A DNA stretch of 45,495 nt, taken from assembly GCA_048213135.1 (NCBI GenBank), contig PS015141.1, forward strand, positions 1 to 45,495. Direction: 5' to 3'. Position numbers and translations under genes: made by a program. This document shows positions 24,715-37,431 of the stretch, piece by piece. This stretch comes from Reclinomonas americana ATCC 50394 (taxonomy: Eukaryota). Positions within the stretch are counted from its first letter, which is position 1; each line of letters opens with the position of its first letter. A model generated the notes under the pieces. That model was not told where the DNA came from. It was given only the letters and a program-made list of their open reading frames with translations, and did not search any database.

Positions 24715-27700
24715 CACTACGCACCCCCCCACTGGCGACCACGTGGCGGCGCAGACGGCTCCGAGTCACGCACGCCTCCAGGCACCTCCACCACGGCAGC
24801 CGCCCCCGGCAATGCTGCTCGCACCCAGGTAATCCCTTTCCTCCTTTCCACCCTCCCCCTCACCCGCATCTCATCTCCCGCGCCAGCAGCGCGCCGTTCG
24901 TCGCGTTCGCTTCGAGGGCGACGCCGATGCCGCGGTGCAGAGTGCGGCAGCGGGCGACGTGGACACGAGTGCTGACGACGACGAGCTGCGCCTGCTGATG
25001 ATGGTGCGACGGCTGCGCGATGTGTATCGTCAGCGATCGGGGGCGGCCGCGTCGGCGCTCCGGTGGCCCGACAAGCTGCGCGAGACGGAGCAGTTGGCGC
25101 ACAGTGTGCGGCTGCTGGTCGAGGGCACTGGCGGGGACTCGTTACTGCACGAGGAGTCGGCGTTGGACGACAGCCTCATGCGACGAGCTGCGCAGACGCC
25201 TTTGCGGCTGGTTGGCGCGGATGAGTTCCACTCGGCGGTCGGTGGATTGGGTCGTGAGCTGAAGGTTAGAGGCCGACTACGATCTCTCCCTCCCTCTCCT
25301 TCCTCTGACACATTCGCCGGCTGTAGGAGACCGTGACGACCTTGTCATCCAGCGTGCAAAGCCGATTGGGTTCGCTGGAATCGAGCTTGCAGGAGCGCAG
25401 TTCTCATTCTCGTGACGAGAGGTATGTTGTGTCTCACGCCAGCCTTCGCAGTGTGGTGCTTGTCTCTCTCATGTTCCCTCGCAGCGAGCGACTGCGTGCC
25501 GATGTGGTGGAATTGCGCCGCGAAGTGGCACATTTGCGCGGTCTGGTGGAGTTCTCCGCCGCCGCCGTGCAGCAACAACAGCAGCAACAGCAGCAGCAAC
25601 TGCAACAGCAGGCGCGACAGATTCAGTTCATATCACCGCTGGCGGCCACCCCCGCCGGTCTGAGTTATCAACAGACGCCCGGCTTCGACGTGGCGCAGTC
25701 GACGGCCGCCGCGCTGTTTGTCAATCCTGCCGGTTCCATGTCGGCTCCCGTTACTGTTACTCTGGGAGGCGGTGATTCGATGCGGTTCGCCAATTGCTCT
25801 GTTCCTGACTTGCGATACTGCGTCTGCTGACTTCAGGAGATGATGCACAGCGCGCCGATCAGTGCCAGTCCAGCTGTCACACAGGTGTGTGAAGAGCGAT
25901 TGCATTCATTTCCTTCTTTGATGCTCACTGCCATATCCCGCCAGGTGCACCGTCCACCATCGCCGTCGCCGCGACCGCCACTCGCGAACGGGTAATGCTC
26001 GTCATCACAGTCGCCAAATTGAACTCCTCTCATTACTTCTCGCACAGCACTTCCACTGTACAGCCGACATCGACCGCTCAAACTCCATCATCGCCGCCCA
26101 CACGGTACGTGCATCACCAAGGATGACGACAGATGTGACGCTCATCCCGCATTTGCAGGCGCGATTCGTCGCCTTCACAGCGGCGACCTGCCCCACCGGC
26201 TCGTTCTTCCTTCCCCACGTCGGCAGCAACAGCGATGAATCCGCCTCCCAGAGCCACACCACCAGTGGAGAGCACTCGGACTGCTGAGAGCGAGACGACC
26301 AAGTCGGAGAGCAGTGCAGCGGATGACAGCAAGAGCAACGGCTATGCCAACAATAGCACAGGGTTGCGTCGGCGCAGAAGATATAAGCGCGGCTTATCAA
26401 TCTCTGTGTCGATTCTCGCTGTGTCGCTGTGTCGCTCATCGCTGTGTCGCTCATCGCTGTGTCGCTCATCGCTGTGTCGCTCCTCTCGCTGTGTCGCTCG
26501 CTCATCGCTCTGTCGCTCATCGCTCTGTCGCTCATCGCTCTGTCGCTCATCGCTGTGTCGCTCATCGCTGTGTCGCTCATCGCTGTGTCGCTCATCGCTG
26601 TGTCGCTCATCGCTGTGTCGCTCATCGCTGTGTCGCTCATCGCTGTGTCGCTCATCGCTGTGTCGCTCATCGCTGTGTCGCTCCTCTCGCTGTGTCGCTC
26701 CTCACGCTGTGTCGCTCCTCACGCTGTGTCGCTCCTCTCGCTGTGTCGCTCATTGCTGTGTCGCTCATCGCTCTGTCGCTCATCGCTGTGTCGCTCCTAT
26801 CGCTGTGCCGCTCCTCTCGCTGTGCCGCTCCTCNNNNNNNNNNNNNNNNNNNNNNNNNNNNNNNNNNNNNNNNNNNNNNNNNNNNNNNNNNNNNNNNNNN
26901 NNNNNNNNNNNNNNNNNNNNNNNNNNNNNNNNNNNNNNNNNNNNNNNNNNNNNNNNNNNCTCGCTGTGTCGCTCCTCTCGCTGTGTCGCTCCTCTCGCTG
27001 TGTCGCTCCTCTCGCAGTGTCGCTCCTCTCGCTGCGTCGCTCCTCTCGTTGTTGTCGCTCATTGCCGATTCCTATGCGCACAGCACTATCGTACGGTACA
27101 TTGGCGGAAGTGCTGTGACAGCATTCCCTGAGCGGTCTTCGAGCGCCACTGACCTGGCGACACCGGCTGCACGTTTCGTTGTTGCTGCTTTCACGCCGCC
27201 TGTACTTTTGCTGACTTTCCAGCGCTGCTTCAGCCACTGGAGATGATGGACACAGTTCGAATAGCAGCGTCGTGAACCTGGATGAATGGATCGGCGGTTC
27301 AGGTCTGCTCTCGTGCACCTTTCCTCTCTGCTGGACGCTATTGTCGCTGGCCCTCATTTTTTGTGTCATTACAAAAAGGTGTCGGTTTTGACATTCCGTC
27401 GTTTGAGGACATTACGAGTGTTGTGACAACGTTGCGTGCGCTGCGTCGCTGTCGTTTTCCCTCATCGATCACAAGGCTGATGCATTGCTTGTTTACAGTC
27501 CATTGACCACCATGGATGGTTCCGTCAACGAATTCCGTGCTTCTCGACCTGTTTCATCTGCAGCGGGTGGTGCGTGCTGGCTCTGCTATCTTGCCTCCTG
27601 TATTATCCTGACCATGATACGTGCAGCCACTGCACGGCCTCCCGCGCTTCCGACACCGGCTGTGGAGACAGTGCCGGCTGCCCGTCCTCCGAAGCGCGCC

Positions 27701-30700
27701 GCTCGCATTGAAGAGGAATCCGATGCCGTTGCGTTACTGTGCCTAGTGGATGCGACGGGACTTTCTTTCTCATTCTCGTTGTGGTGTAGGAGTTTCGCGA
27801 ATCGCTGAAGAAGACGCTGTCGCAGCAGAGTGATGACCCGAAGCTCAAAGAGTCGAAGCTCATGTCATTCTTTGCCAAGCTCAGCACCGGCGAGTTCCAG
27901 CTCGAAGGCCGAGATGTTGCGTCCGTCGTCTTCTGTGTCAGTTTATTGTTGTGTATTCATTGGCGTTTGCAGCTTGTGTCAACACCCGTGTCGGCGCCGG
28001 CTGTGCCCATGCATCAAAAGTGGTTTGACGATGAAGATGGGAATGGCTCAAAGCAGGAGAAGACTGCACAGGCGCTGGCTCGTTGCGTGAAGAGGAATGA
28101 GGGGGGATAGGGGAATGAGAGGGGGAAAGGGAGGGTGAAGATAGTCTTTCAAAGAGAGGTAGATATCCGACTTGTGAGTGCCAAGCTGGTTAACGGCGGT
28201 TGTGAGAGTTTGGACAGGTTGGTGAAGAGGTTGTACTTGTGAGAGCAAGTGAGACTGAGCGCCGGAGACTTCATGAAGAGGGTCTCGGGAGTGGAAGAGT
28301 GCGTTGGAACGCGATACAGCTCCAGAGTCGGTAACGAGGTTGTGCTTGCGAACGCAAGTAAGACTATGCTCCAGAGATACAGTGAAGAGGCTCTCGGAAT
28401 GGGAGAGTGAGTTGGAACGAGAGAAACTGCCTGAGTTGGTGAAGATGCTCTTGGGTGCACAGAGTTGAAAGAATTGCTGAAGAGTCCAGAGCATGGCGAT
28501 GAGGTTATGTTAATGTGAGTAAGAGTGGGATTGTGCTTGAAAGACTTGGAAGGCAGACTCTCGAGGTGAAAATAGACCGAAAAGAATCCTGTACGGTTAT
28601 TTTGTGGAAGAGAGTGAAGTTGCGAGTGAGTGAGAATAACTTGAGAGTGCCAACAGATTGTGAGATTTGCAGAATCAAGAGAGACATACAAAGACAACTG
28701 CATTGTGCGTTACTCTCTCTATCCTCTCTTGGCTTTCAAGTTTGCTGTTCCTCGCCTTTAACCTCCCCTTTTTGCACACGCAGGTGACCTCGACGCGTCT
28801 CTCGCTGCCGCCACGGCTGCGAATTCAGTCACCACCACCGTATCCACCGTCACAACCACGACTACCACCACTGCCACCATCGCCGCCGCGACGGTGGCCA
28901 CACCAACACCGCTGCGACCTGTGGATGCAGCTGCTGTGGGAACTCCAGCGCGCGTTGAAGAAGTGGAGGCATCATTTGCCGTATCGTCGTTTAACCAAAC
29001 GCAGGATGCGGGCGGCACTCACGGTGACGTGTCGGTGACCGGCATGTCACCGTCGGCAGGGTCGATTGAGCAGGATTCGCTGCCGTCTGCTGCACAGCCC
29101 GCTGCTGGTGTGGCGAGGAGAGCGGCTCCTGGACCGCTGCGCGTGGATCCGTTGGTGTGTGCTTTGTCGTGTGTGTGTTGTCGTATATAATATTTCATAT
29201 GTGCGCTTGTATCACTCTCCCCGTCGCATTCTCTCTCTCATTCTCGCTTTCTCTTGTTCTCCCTTTATCTCCTCGGTTTCTCTCTTTCTTGTTCTCTTTT
29301 GTTCTCGTTCTCACTCATTCTCTCGCTCTCGCTCTCGCTCTCTCTCGCTCTCGCTCTCTCTCTCGCGCGCTCTCGCTCTCGCTCTCTCTCTCGCGCGCTC
29401 TCTCTCTCGCTCTCTCTCGCTCTCGCTCTCTCTCTCGCGCGCTCTCTCTCTCGCNNNNNNNNNNNNNNNNNNNNNNNNNNNNNNNNNNNNNNNNNNNNNN
29501 NNNNNNNNNNNNNNNNNNNNNNNNNNNNNNNNNNNNNNNNNNNNNNNNNNNNNNNNNNNNNNNNNNNNNNNNNNNNNNNNNNNNNNNNNNNNNNNNNNNN
29601 NNNNNNNNNNNNNNNNNNNNNNNNNNNNNNNNNNNNNNNNNNNNNNNNNNNNNNNNNNNNNNNNNNNNNNNNNNNNNNNNNNNNNNNNNNNNNNNNNNNN
29701 NNNNNNNNNNNNNNNNNNNNNNNNNNNNNNNNNNNNNNNNNNNNNNNNNNNNNNNNNNNNNNNNNNNNNNNNNNNNNNNNNNNNNNNNNNNNNNNNNNNN
29801 NNNNNNNNNNNNNNNNNNNNNNNNNNNNNNNNNNNNNNNNNNNNNNNNNNNNNNNNNNNNNNNNNNNNNNNNNNNNNNNNNNNNNNNNNNNNNNNNNNNN
29901 NNNNNNNNNNNNNNNNNNNNNNNNNNNNNNNNNNNNNNNNNNNNNNNNNNNNNNNNNNNNNNNNNNNNNNNNNNNNNNNNNNNNNNNNNNNNNNNNNNNN
30001 NNNNNNNNNNNNNNNNNNNNNNNNNNNNNNNNNNNNNNNNNNNNNNNNNNNNNNNNNNNNNNNNNNNNNNNNNNNNNNNNNNNNNNNNNNNNNNNNNNNN
30101 NNNNNNNNNNNNNNNNNNNNNNNNNNNNNNNNNNNNNNNNNNNNNNNNNNNNNNNNNNNNNNNNNNNNNNNNNNNNNNNNNNNNNNNNNNNNNNNNNNNN
30201 NNNNNNNNNNNNNNNNNNNNNNNNNNNNNNNNNNNNNNNNNNNNNNNNNNNNNNNNNNNNNNNNNNNNNNNNNNNNNNNNNNNNNNNNNNNNNNNNNNNN
30301 NNNNNNNNNNNNNNNNNNNNNNNNNNNNNNNNNNNNNNNNNNNNNNNNNNNNNNNNNNNNNNNNNNNNNNNNNNNNNNNNNNNNNNNNNNNNNNNNNNNN
30401 NNNNNNNNNNNNNNNNNNNNNNNNNNNNNNNNNNNNNNNNNNNNNNNNNCTCGTTCTCTCTCGTTCTCGTTCTCTCTCGTTCTCGTTCTCTCTCGTTCTC
30501 GTTCTCTCTCGTTCTCGTTCTCTCTCGTTCTCGTTCTCTCTCGTTCTCGTTCTCTCTCGTTCTCGTTCTCTCTCGTTCTCGTTCTCTCTCGTTCTCGTTC
30601 TCTCTCGCCCTCACTCGCTCTCACTCGTTCTCGTTCTCTCTCGTTCTCGCTCTCTCTCGCTCTTTCTCGCTCGCTCTTGCTTCTCTCGCTCTCTCTCGCT

Positions 30701-31813
30701 CTCTCCCTCCCTCGCTCCCTTTTTCTGCTTTCCTTCCCCCTTCCCTCTTGCGCGCCGTCTCACCTCTCCCCACCCTGCAGGTCTCCTCACCAGTTACCGT
30801 CCCTCAAGTGTCTGCCGCTTCACTGGAGGCGTTTTTGCGTTTTGAGAGCTACAACTTTGGCGCCGACGAGAAGTATGTCACTGGGCTGCAGGTACGCCGC
30901 CGTGCCATGTACTGCGCTATGGATGAGAACTGCGTGCACTCAGCTGTGTGTGTCCGCAGAAAATCCGAGCTGCCGGCACACTCGACCGCCTCATGCAGAG
31001 TCTGCAGCACGACGAGGCCAAGGCGTTGAGATTGTTGCAGATAAAGTATTTTGTGAGGTGAGGAGTTGAAGATTGTCTTCGTGTCTGTGCTATCTGGGTG
31101 TGGAATTTGTATTCGTGCATGAGATTGAGATTTGTTGTGTGTGCGTGTACGCTCTTGTGTTGTGCATGTGTGTGTTCTTCTCTTGTGTGTGATCGTGTGT
31201 GTCTCTCACCCCTTTTCCCCCTCCCAGACACGTACAACCAATGGACCTCGACGAATATCAAACATGGCGCTCGGCAATGGACGCTCTGGTGGCCGCCGGT
31301 GGTGGCAGTGACAGAGGGGACGTGAGCGACGTTTCTGACGGGGAATTCCGGTTGGCGAGACCCCCGAGCGCTGCGGCGAGTGCACGAGCGGGCCCGTCAC
31401 CAGGCACTCGACAAGATGAAGGAGACGCACGGTCGAACGGCACGACAGCACCGGTTGCGGCACAGCCAGCTCCGCAAGGTGCACAAGAGTCGAATAGCAC
31501 GGCGCCGTCAGGTGAGAGAAGTGCGCAACTGAGATGCGTGACGTCGCCTCACATGTCGTGTTATGTGTGTAGCGAATGGTACGGCGGAAGCGCCAGCGCC
31601 TTCAAGCGCGAAGCAGAGCACAGTGCCAGGTATGTCTCTCTCTCTCTCTCTCTCTCTCNNNNNNNNNNNNNNNNNNNNCGTCCGTACCGTACGTACGTAC
31701 GTTCGTTGTTGTTGTGTAGTACGGTACGGTACGGTACGGTACGGACGGACGACGACGACGACCGTACGTACGACGACGACGACGACGACGACGACGACGT
31801 ACGTACGTACGTC

Positions 31814-31878
<65 letters not shown>

Positions 31879-32814
31879 CTACTACAGCCTCTTGGTGCCC
31901 TCACACACTCGCACTTTCTCTGCTCACTTCAGTCGCTCGCTTCAGTCGCTCACGCACTCAGTCACTCACTGCATACTCCGTCTCTGTCTCTCTTTCTCTC
32001 TCGTTCTCTCACTCCTTCACTCTGTCAGTGCATCCAGTCTCTGTTTCTCTCTCACACGCTTTCACATTTCACTCACGCAGTCGCACAATCCCACCCCCTC
32101 TTCTCCCGCCTCCTTCTCCCTCCCTCGCTTCTTCCCTCTGTCTCTCTCTCTTTCTCGTTCTCTCGCTCACGCCTCTCGCTTTCATCCATTTCACTCTGCC
32201 ACTGCATCCAGTCTGTCCTCTCTCTCACACTTTCACGTTCTCGCTCACTTTCTCTCACTGCAGTCGCTCACTGCGCTCACTCACTACATTCTCTTTCTCT
32301 GTCTCCCTTTCTCTCACGGTCTCTCACTCACGCCTCTCTCTTTTATCCACTTCACTCAGTCACTTTATCCAGTCTCTGTTTCTCTCTCTCACGCTTTCAC
32401 ATTCTCACTCACTTTCTCTCTCCCATGTTCTCTCACTGCAGTCGCTCACTGCATTCTCCTTCTCTGTCTCTCTTTCTCTCTCGTTCTTTCACTCACGCCT
32501 CTCTCTTTCATCCATTTCACTCAGTCACTTTATCCAGTCTCCGTTTCTCTCTCTCACGCTTTCACATTCTCACTCACTTTCTCTCTCCCATTTTCTCTCA
32601 CTGCAGTCGCTCACTCAATCACTCCTGTATTCTCCCTCTGTCTTCCTTTCTCTCTCGTTCTGTCACTCATGCCTCTCTCTGTCATCCGTTTTACTCAGTC
32701 ACTTCATTGAATCTCTGTTTCTCTCTCTCACGCTTTCATTCTCACTCACTTTCTCTTCTCCCACTTTCTCTCACTGCAATCGCTCAGGTAATCACTCACT
32801 GTAATATCCTCCTC

Positions 32815-32852
<38 letters not shown>

Positions 32853-33447
32853 CTCTCGCCTCCGTGCATCTCTTTCATTCATTTCAGTCACTCTCACTTT
32901 CGCTTGTTCTCACTGTGCTCACTCGTTCGCTCACTTACTTACGCTCTCCCACCTCTTCTCCCTCCCTCTCCCTTGACCCTCCCTCTCCACCTACTGCACA
33001 GCGCAAGACGACATGACGCAACACCCCTACTCATCGCGCTTCATCGACGTGTTGACGAACCTGTCGCAAGGCAAAGTGCCGAGCGACGTGCGCGTGGTGG
33101 ACGACAAGCCAAAGAATCCACACCAGCAGCCGTCGCGATCCAAGTTGACGCGCCGACCGAATCCGTGGGAGAAGAAGAAGCAGCAGCAGCCTGCATCGCA
33201 AAAGCAGGAGCCGGAGAGCACGGATGAAGTGGAATCGCTGGCCGCTCTCGGCGAGGCATCGACGCCGATGGCAGTGGACTCGGACGACACGACGCCGTTG
33301 GCGGGTGAAGATGATGGCGAGCAGACACCGCCGCCAGCCAAGTCGGTGCTTTCGTTTGAGGATATCGACAGCGCGGCATCGAATTCGGTGACGGCGGCGC
33401 TGCTGGTGGACGCGGAGCAGGGTGCAAATGGTGGTAAAAATGAATGA
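24715..33447 (+). CDS. Large PEX39-like peroxin (~20 exons, 5' end unresolved): coiled coil, PEX7-binding-like segment, PEX39-type helical domain and KPWE-type domain
   Basis: Exon 27790-27915 gives DDPKLKESKLMSFFAKLSTGEFQLEGRD. Exons 30781-30891, 30960-31057 and 31228- give AFLRFESYNFGADEKYVTGLQKI...LRLLQIKYFVRHVQPMDLDEYQTWR. Last exon 33002-33447 gives PYSSRFIDVLTNLSQGKVPSDVRVVDDKPKNPHQQPSRSKLTRRPNPWEKK. The exons join in frame, with one ambiguous junction near 25780-25850. Confidence 0.72.
26405..27060. repeat. Intronic 15-18 bp minisatellite (TCGCTGTGTCGCTCA)
   Basis: Directly visible tandem array interrupted by a gap. Confidence 0.92.
29310..30700. repeat. Intronic CT/CGCT and 16-mer (CTCGTTCTCGTTCTCT) arrays spanning a gap
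   Basis: Directly visible on both sides of the N run. Confidence 0.85.
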
Positions 33448-33477
33448 TATACCCTAACAGTTCATTACCCACATTGC

Positions 33478-35341
33478 TTAACGCTTGCTGAGCTTGCGCG
33501 GCGGTGGCGGTGGAGCGTCGAGGTGCGACGCCAGATTGAATGGATTGACCGACGCGTCAAACATGGAGCCGAAAGGCGAGGGGCGCACCAGAGGCGCCAT
33601 GCCACCGGCCGCCGACGCCGCTGCAGATATCGCCGACGGCTGCATTGCACACGACGACGATGAAGCGGACGACGGCGACGAAGGTCTCAACATGGCGCCT
33701 GCAAAGGCCGACGCCGGATTTGGCATCACAAACGCCTCCTCAAAGTGCCGCTTCCGCTGCTCGGCAAACGGCGAGTAGCCGGCCGATGTGAATGCCGGTG
33801 GGAGGCCGAGGTCGCTGCCGACGCCGCCACTGCCACATGCACCAACGGCAGCAGCAAATCCAAATCGTGGCGGCTGCCGCTGGAAACCGAGACCAGTGGC
33901 CGCCATGCGTGCTCGGACAGGCGGCACGTTCTCGTCGTCACGCATGGCATCCACACCACTTCCGCTGCCGCTGCCACTTCCACCAAGCTCCTCCTCCTCC
34001 TCTTCCTCTTCTTCTTCTTCTCCTCCGTGGCCGCCAACAGAGTGTCGCAGTGGTCGGTGGTGGCGATGATGGTGAAGATGGCGGTGATGGCGAATGTCAT
34101 CGTCTTCAAACTCGGCGTCGTCCTCCACTCGATCGTCACTGCTGCCATGGTGACTGCCATCCATGTTGCCAGCAGCAGCCGCGGCCGCAGCTGCCACCAC
34201 AGCGGCGGACGTACCGCCGGCAGTGCGCCGTTGCACGGGTCGGCGCACGCGCCCATCGGAAATCTCCTCCTGGTCTTCTTCTTCTTCTTCTCCTTCTTCC
34301 TCTTCTTCCTCCTCGTCGTCGTCGGCCATGGTAAAGTCTTGCACACCGCGGCGAATGGAGCCAATGGTGGCTGCCGCGGAGGTGGCGGTGGAGGCGGCGG
34401 GGGGGATGGAGGATGCGGTCGTGGGGGTGGTGGCGGAGGCGGAGGAGGAGGGAGGACAGGGCTGGGGGGGAAAGGGGGAAGGGGAAGTGAGGGGAAGTGA
34501 GGGGGAAGTGAGGAGAAGGGGAAGGTGAGGGGAAGGGGAAGTGAGGGGAAGGGGAAGGGAGAAGGGGAAGGTGAGGGGAAGGGGGAAGTGAGGGGAGAAG
34601 GGGAAGTGAGGGGGAAGTGAGGGACAGGGGAAGTGAGGGAAGGGGGAAGTGAGTGAGGGAAAGGGGGAAGTGACGGGGAAGGAGGAGGTGAGGGGAAGGG
34701 GGAAGTGAGGGGAAGGGGGAAGTGAGGGGAAGGGGGAAGTGAGGGAAGAGGGAAGTGAGGGAAGGGGGAAGTGAGGGGAAGGGGGACGTGAGGGGAGGGG
34801 GGCAGTGAGGGAAGGGGGAAGTGAGGGGAAGGGAAGGGGAAAACAAGGTGAAGAGGGGATACAAAGAAATGAAGAGGATTAGGAGGAGGGAAAGAGGGAG
34901 AGCGTGGGGTAATAGAATCAAGATGAGGGGAACGAGAAAGCGTGTGGGTAATAACACATCGGTCAAGGGTTGAGGGTGGAGAGAGACACTGATTACACGC
35001 ACACATACATCAAGGGTTGAGGGTGGAGGAGAGACACTGATTGCACACACGCACACACCAATCAAGGGTTGAGGTGGAGAGAAACACTGATCACAATACA
35101 CCGATCAAGGGTTGAGAGTGGAGAGAGAGACATTGACAGGACACTCAACGATCAAGGGTTGAAGTGAGATCCAAATTGTGCATGCACATAGATGAAGGAT
35201 TTAAGGTGGAGAGAGACACTGATCACACGCACACACACCGATCAAGGGTCGAGGGTGGAGAGACACTGATCACACCGATAAAGGGTTGAGGGTGGAGAGA
35301 CACACTGATTGCACGCACACGCCGATCAAGGGTTGAGGGTG

Positions 35342-35379
<38 letters not shown>

Positions 35380-37210
35380 TCGCGCACATAATGATCAAGC
35401 ACTGAGAGTGGAGAGAACTTGCAACCACAAGCGCAGGGAAGGAGCAGAGAGAGAACAGAAACTCGGATCGTGCACATTGGGGCGAAGATCCGCCGCCTTT
35501 CTTCCTGTTCATAAACGAAACTCGGCTTCCAACCTGACTCGCTCCCGCTGACGACATGCGAAAAGAAACTGCTGTCGCACTGGCCATTGTGGCGGAAGAC
35601 GCCTGGAAACCACATGCCTGTCAGAGCATGATTTGTGCGCATGTGATTCCACAATCGCTCACCATTCCTCCTAACCTCGCCAGACCGCCAATCATGCCGC
35701 CTCCCGCGCCTCCACTGCCGCTGCTGCCGCCACCAGCAGAGGCAGACGGCACGGTGGTCGAGGGGGTGGTGGTCGCCGTCGGTACGTGCATCATCTCGGC
35801 GATGGGGATTGGCGGTTGCGGGGGTGGAATGTCGTGCTCCATTTGTTGGAGGAAGGTGAGCAGGTCGCTGATGGGGATGGCGGGTCCGAGGTGCGTGGTG
35901 CACTGTGAGAGGGGCAACAATGAAAAGGGATAGAAGGAAGGGGGAGGGGAAAGAGAAGGGGAAGGGGAAGACAATGGGGGAAGAGCGAAAGGAGAAGAGC
36001 GAGAGGGGAGAGAAGGGGGAGGATGAAGGGGGAAGAGCGAAGGGGGAGAGAAGGGGGAAGACGATGGGGGAAGACGATGGGGGGAGAGAAGGGGGAAGAG
36101 CAAGGGGGAAGAGCAAGGCAGGAGAGCAAGGGGGGAGAGCAAAGGGGGAGAGCAAAGGGGAAAGAGAGGGGAAAGAGCAAGGGGAATGAGCAAGGGGAAA
36201 GAGCAAGGGGAAAGAGCAAGGGGGAAGAGAAGGGGGGAGAGAAGGGGGGAAGAGCAAGGGCGAAGAGCAAGGGCGAAGAGCAAGGAGGAAGAGCAAGGAG
36301 GAAGAGCAAGGGGGAAGAGCAAGGGCGAAGAGCAAGGGGGAAGAGCAAGGGGGAAGAGGAAGGGGGAAGAGGAAGAGCGAAGGGGGATGAGCGAAGGGGG
36401 AAGACAAGGGGAAAGAGCGAAGGGGGAAGACGAAGGGGGGAGAGGAGGAGTGAAGAGCAAGGGGGAAGACGATGAGGGAAGAGACTATGGGGAGACAAAG
36501 GGGGAGAGGATGGGTGGAGAGAAGGGGGAAGAGCAAGTGCAGAAGGAACATGGGGAAGGAGAACGAGAAGAGAACGAGAAGAGCAAGCGCTAGAGCATGA
36601 GGGAAACGGGGAGAGAGACAAAGAGAGGTAAGTAATGCTTGGGAGTTGAGGAAGAGGATGGGGAAAGAGAAGCGGTTCGTCGCAGGAGTGCAAACGGAGT
36701 GGATGTGGTCGAATCACATCAACACCACAGCAGGCACGAGCGAGACGTTCAACGCACAGAAACATTCTCGGTTGTGCCGAACAGATCGGAGGAGAATGCG
36801 TTCTCTCTTTGTTCGCATCCTTTGCCCTCGACCACACTCACCTGCTGCCGCTGAATCATCTCCTCCAAGCTATCCATGACGTGCTTCGCCCCACACCGGT
36901 ACGACTCCTTCTCCGAGCGAAGCGCCGCACGATACAGATCCGTCACCGACTGCGCCGCCGCACGGAAATACGCATTGAAAATGCTGCCGGCGGCACTCAT
37001 TTGCTGCTGCTGCTGCTGCTGCTGCTGTTGTTGTTGATGATAGTGCGGGTCATGAGGATGGTGTGGCGAAGGGGACGACGAGGAGGACGACTGTAGTGGA
37101 AGGTTGTCAGACAATAGCGTTGTCGCACTGAGTTGTCGTGCGTCTTCTCTCTCTTTGCCCAACAGCCTGCAATGATGAAGGAACTCTCGCGCTGCGGAAC
37201 ATGACTGCAT
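33478..37210 (-). CDS. HAPSTR1/C16orf72 (DUF4588)-like protein with long acidic/disordered C-terminus; exons (37210 or 37000)-36842, 35902-35663, 35602-35534, 34461-33478
   Basis: IFNAYFRAAAQSVTDLYRAALRSEKESYRCGAKHVMDSLEEMIQRQQ/CTTHLGPAIPISDLLTFLQQME resembles the recalled F..AA.SV..LY......S...G......L...I.......I...DL..FL signature. All junctions are phase 0. Start codon uncertain. Confidence 0.7.
34960..35410. repeat. Intronic ~40-55 bp degenerate tandem repeat (ATCAAGGGTTGAGGGTGGAGAGAGACACTGAT core)
   Basis: About 8-9 recognisable units. Confidence 0.85.
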
Positions 37211-37214
37211 TCTT

Positions 37215-37275
<61 letters not shown>

Positions 37276-37334
37276 ACTCACTCACTCACTCACTCACTCA
37301 CTCACTCACTCACNNNNNNNNNNNNNNNNNNNNN

Positions 37335-37431
<97 letters not shown>

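Noticed and set aside
26005-27246. MSDTA / CVAHR / SLIAV repeat ORFs
   Set aside because: Intronic 15-mer array.
31679-31815. Striking GTAC/GAC/CGTA patterned sequence with palindromic look
   Set aside because: It abuts a gap inside a CT microsatellite and cycles through T-A-C-G with few homopolymers, typical of pyrosequencing read-end noise. The similar TACTA at the window end supports an artefact.
34960-35410. Conserved core with variable linkers resembling a repeat-spacer array
   Set aside because: Linkers are just CA-rich length variants; it is an intronic minisatellite.
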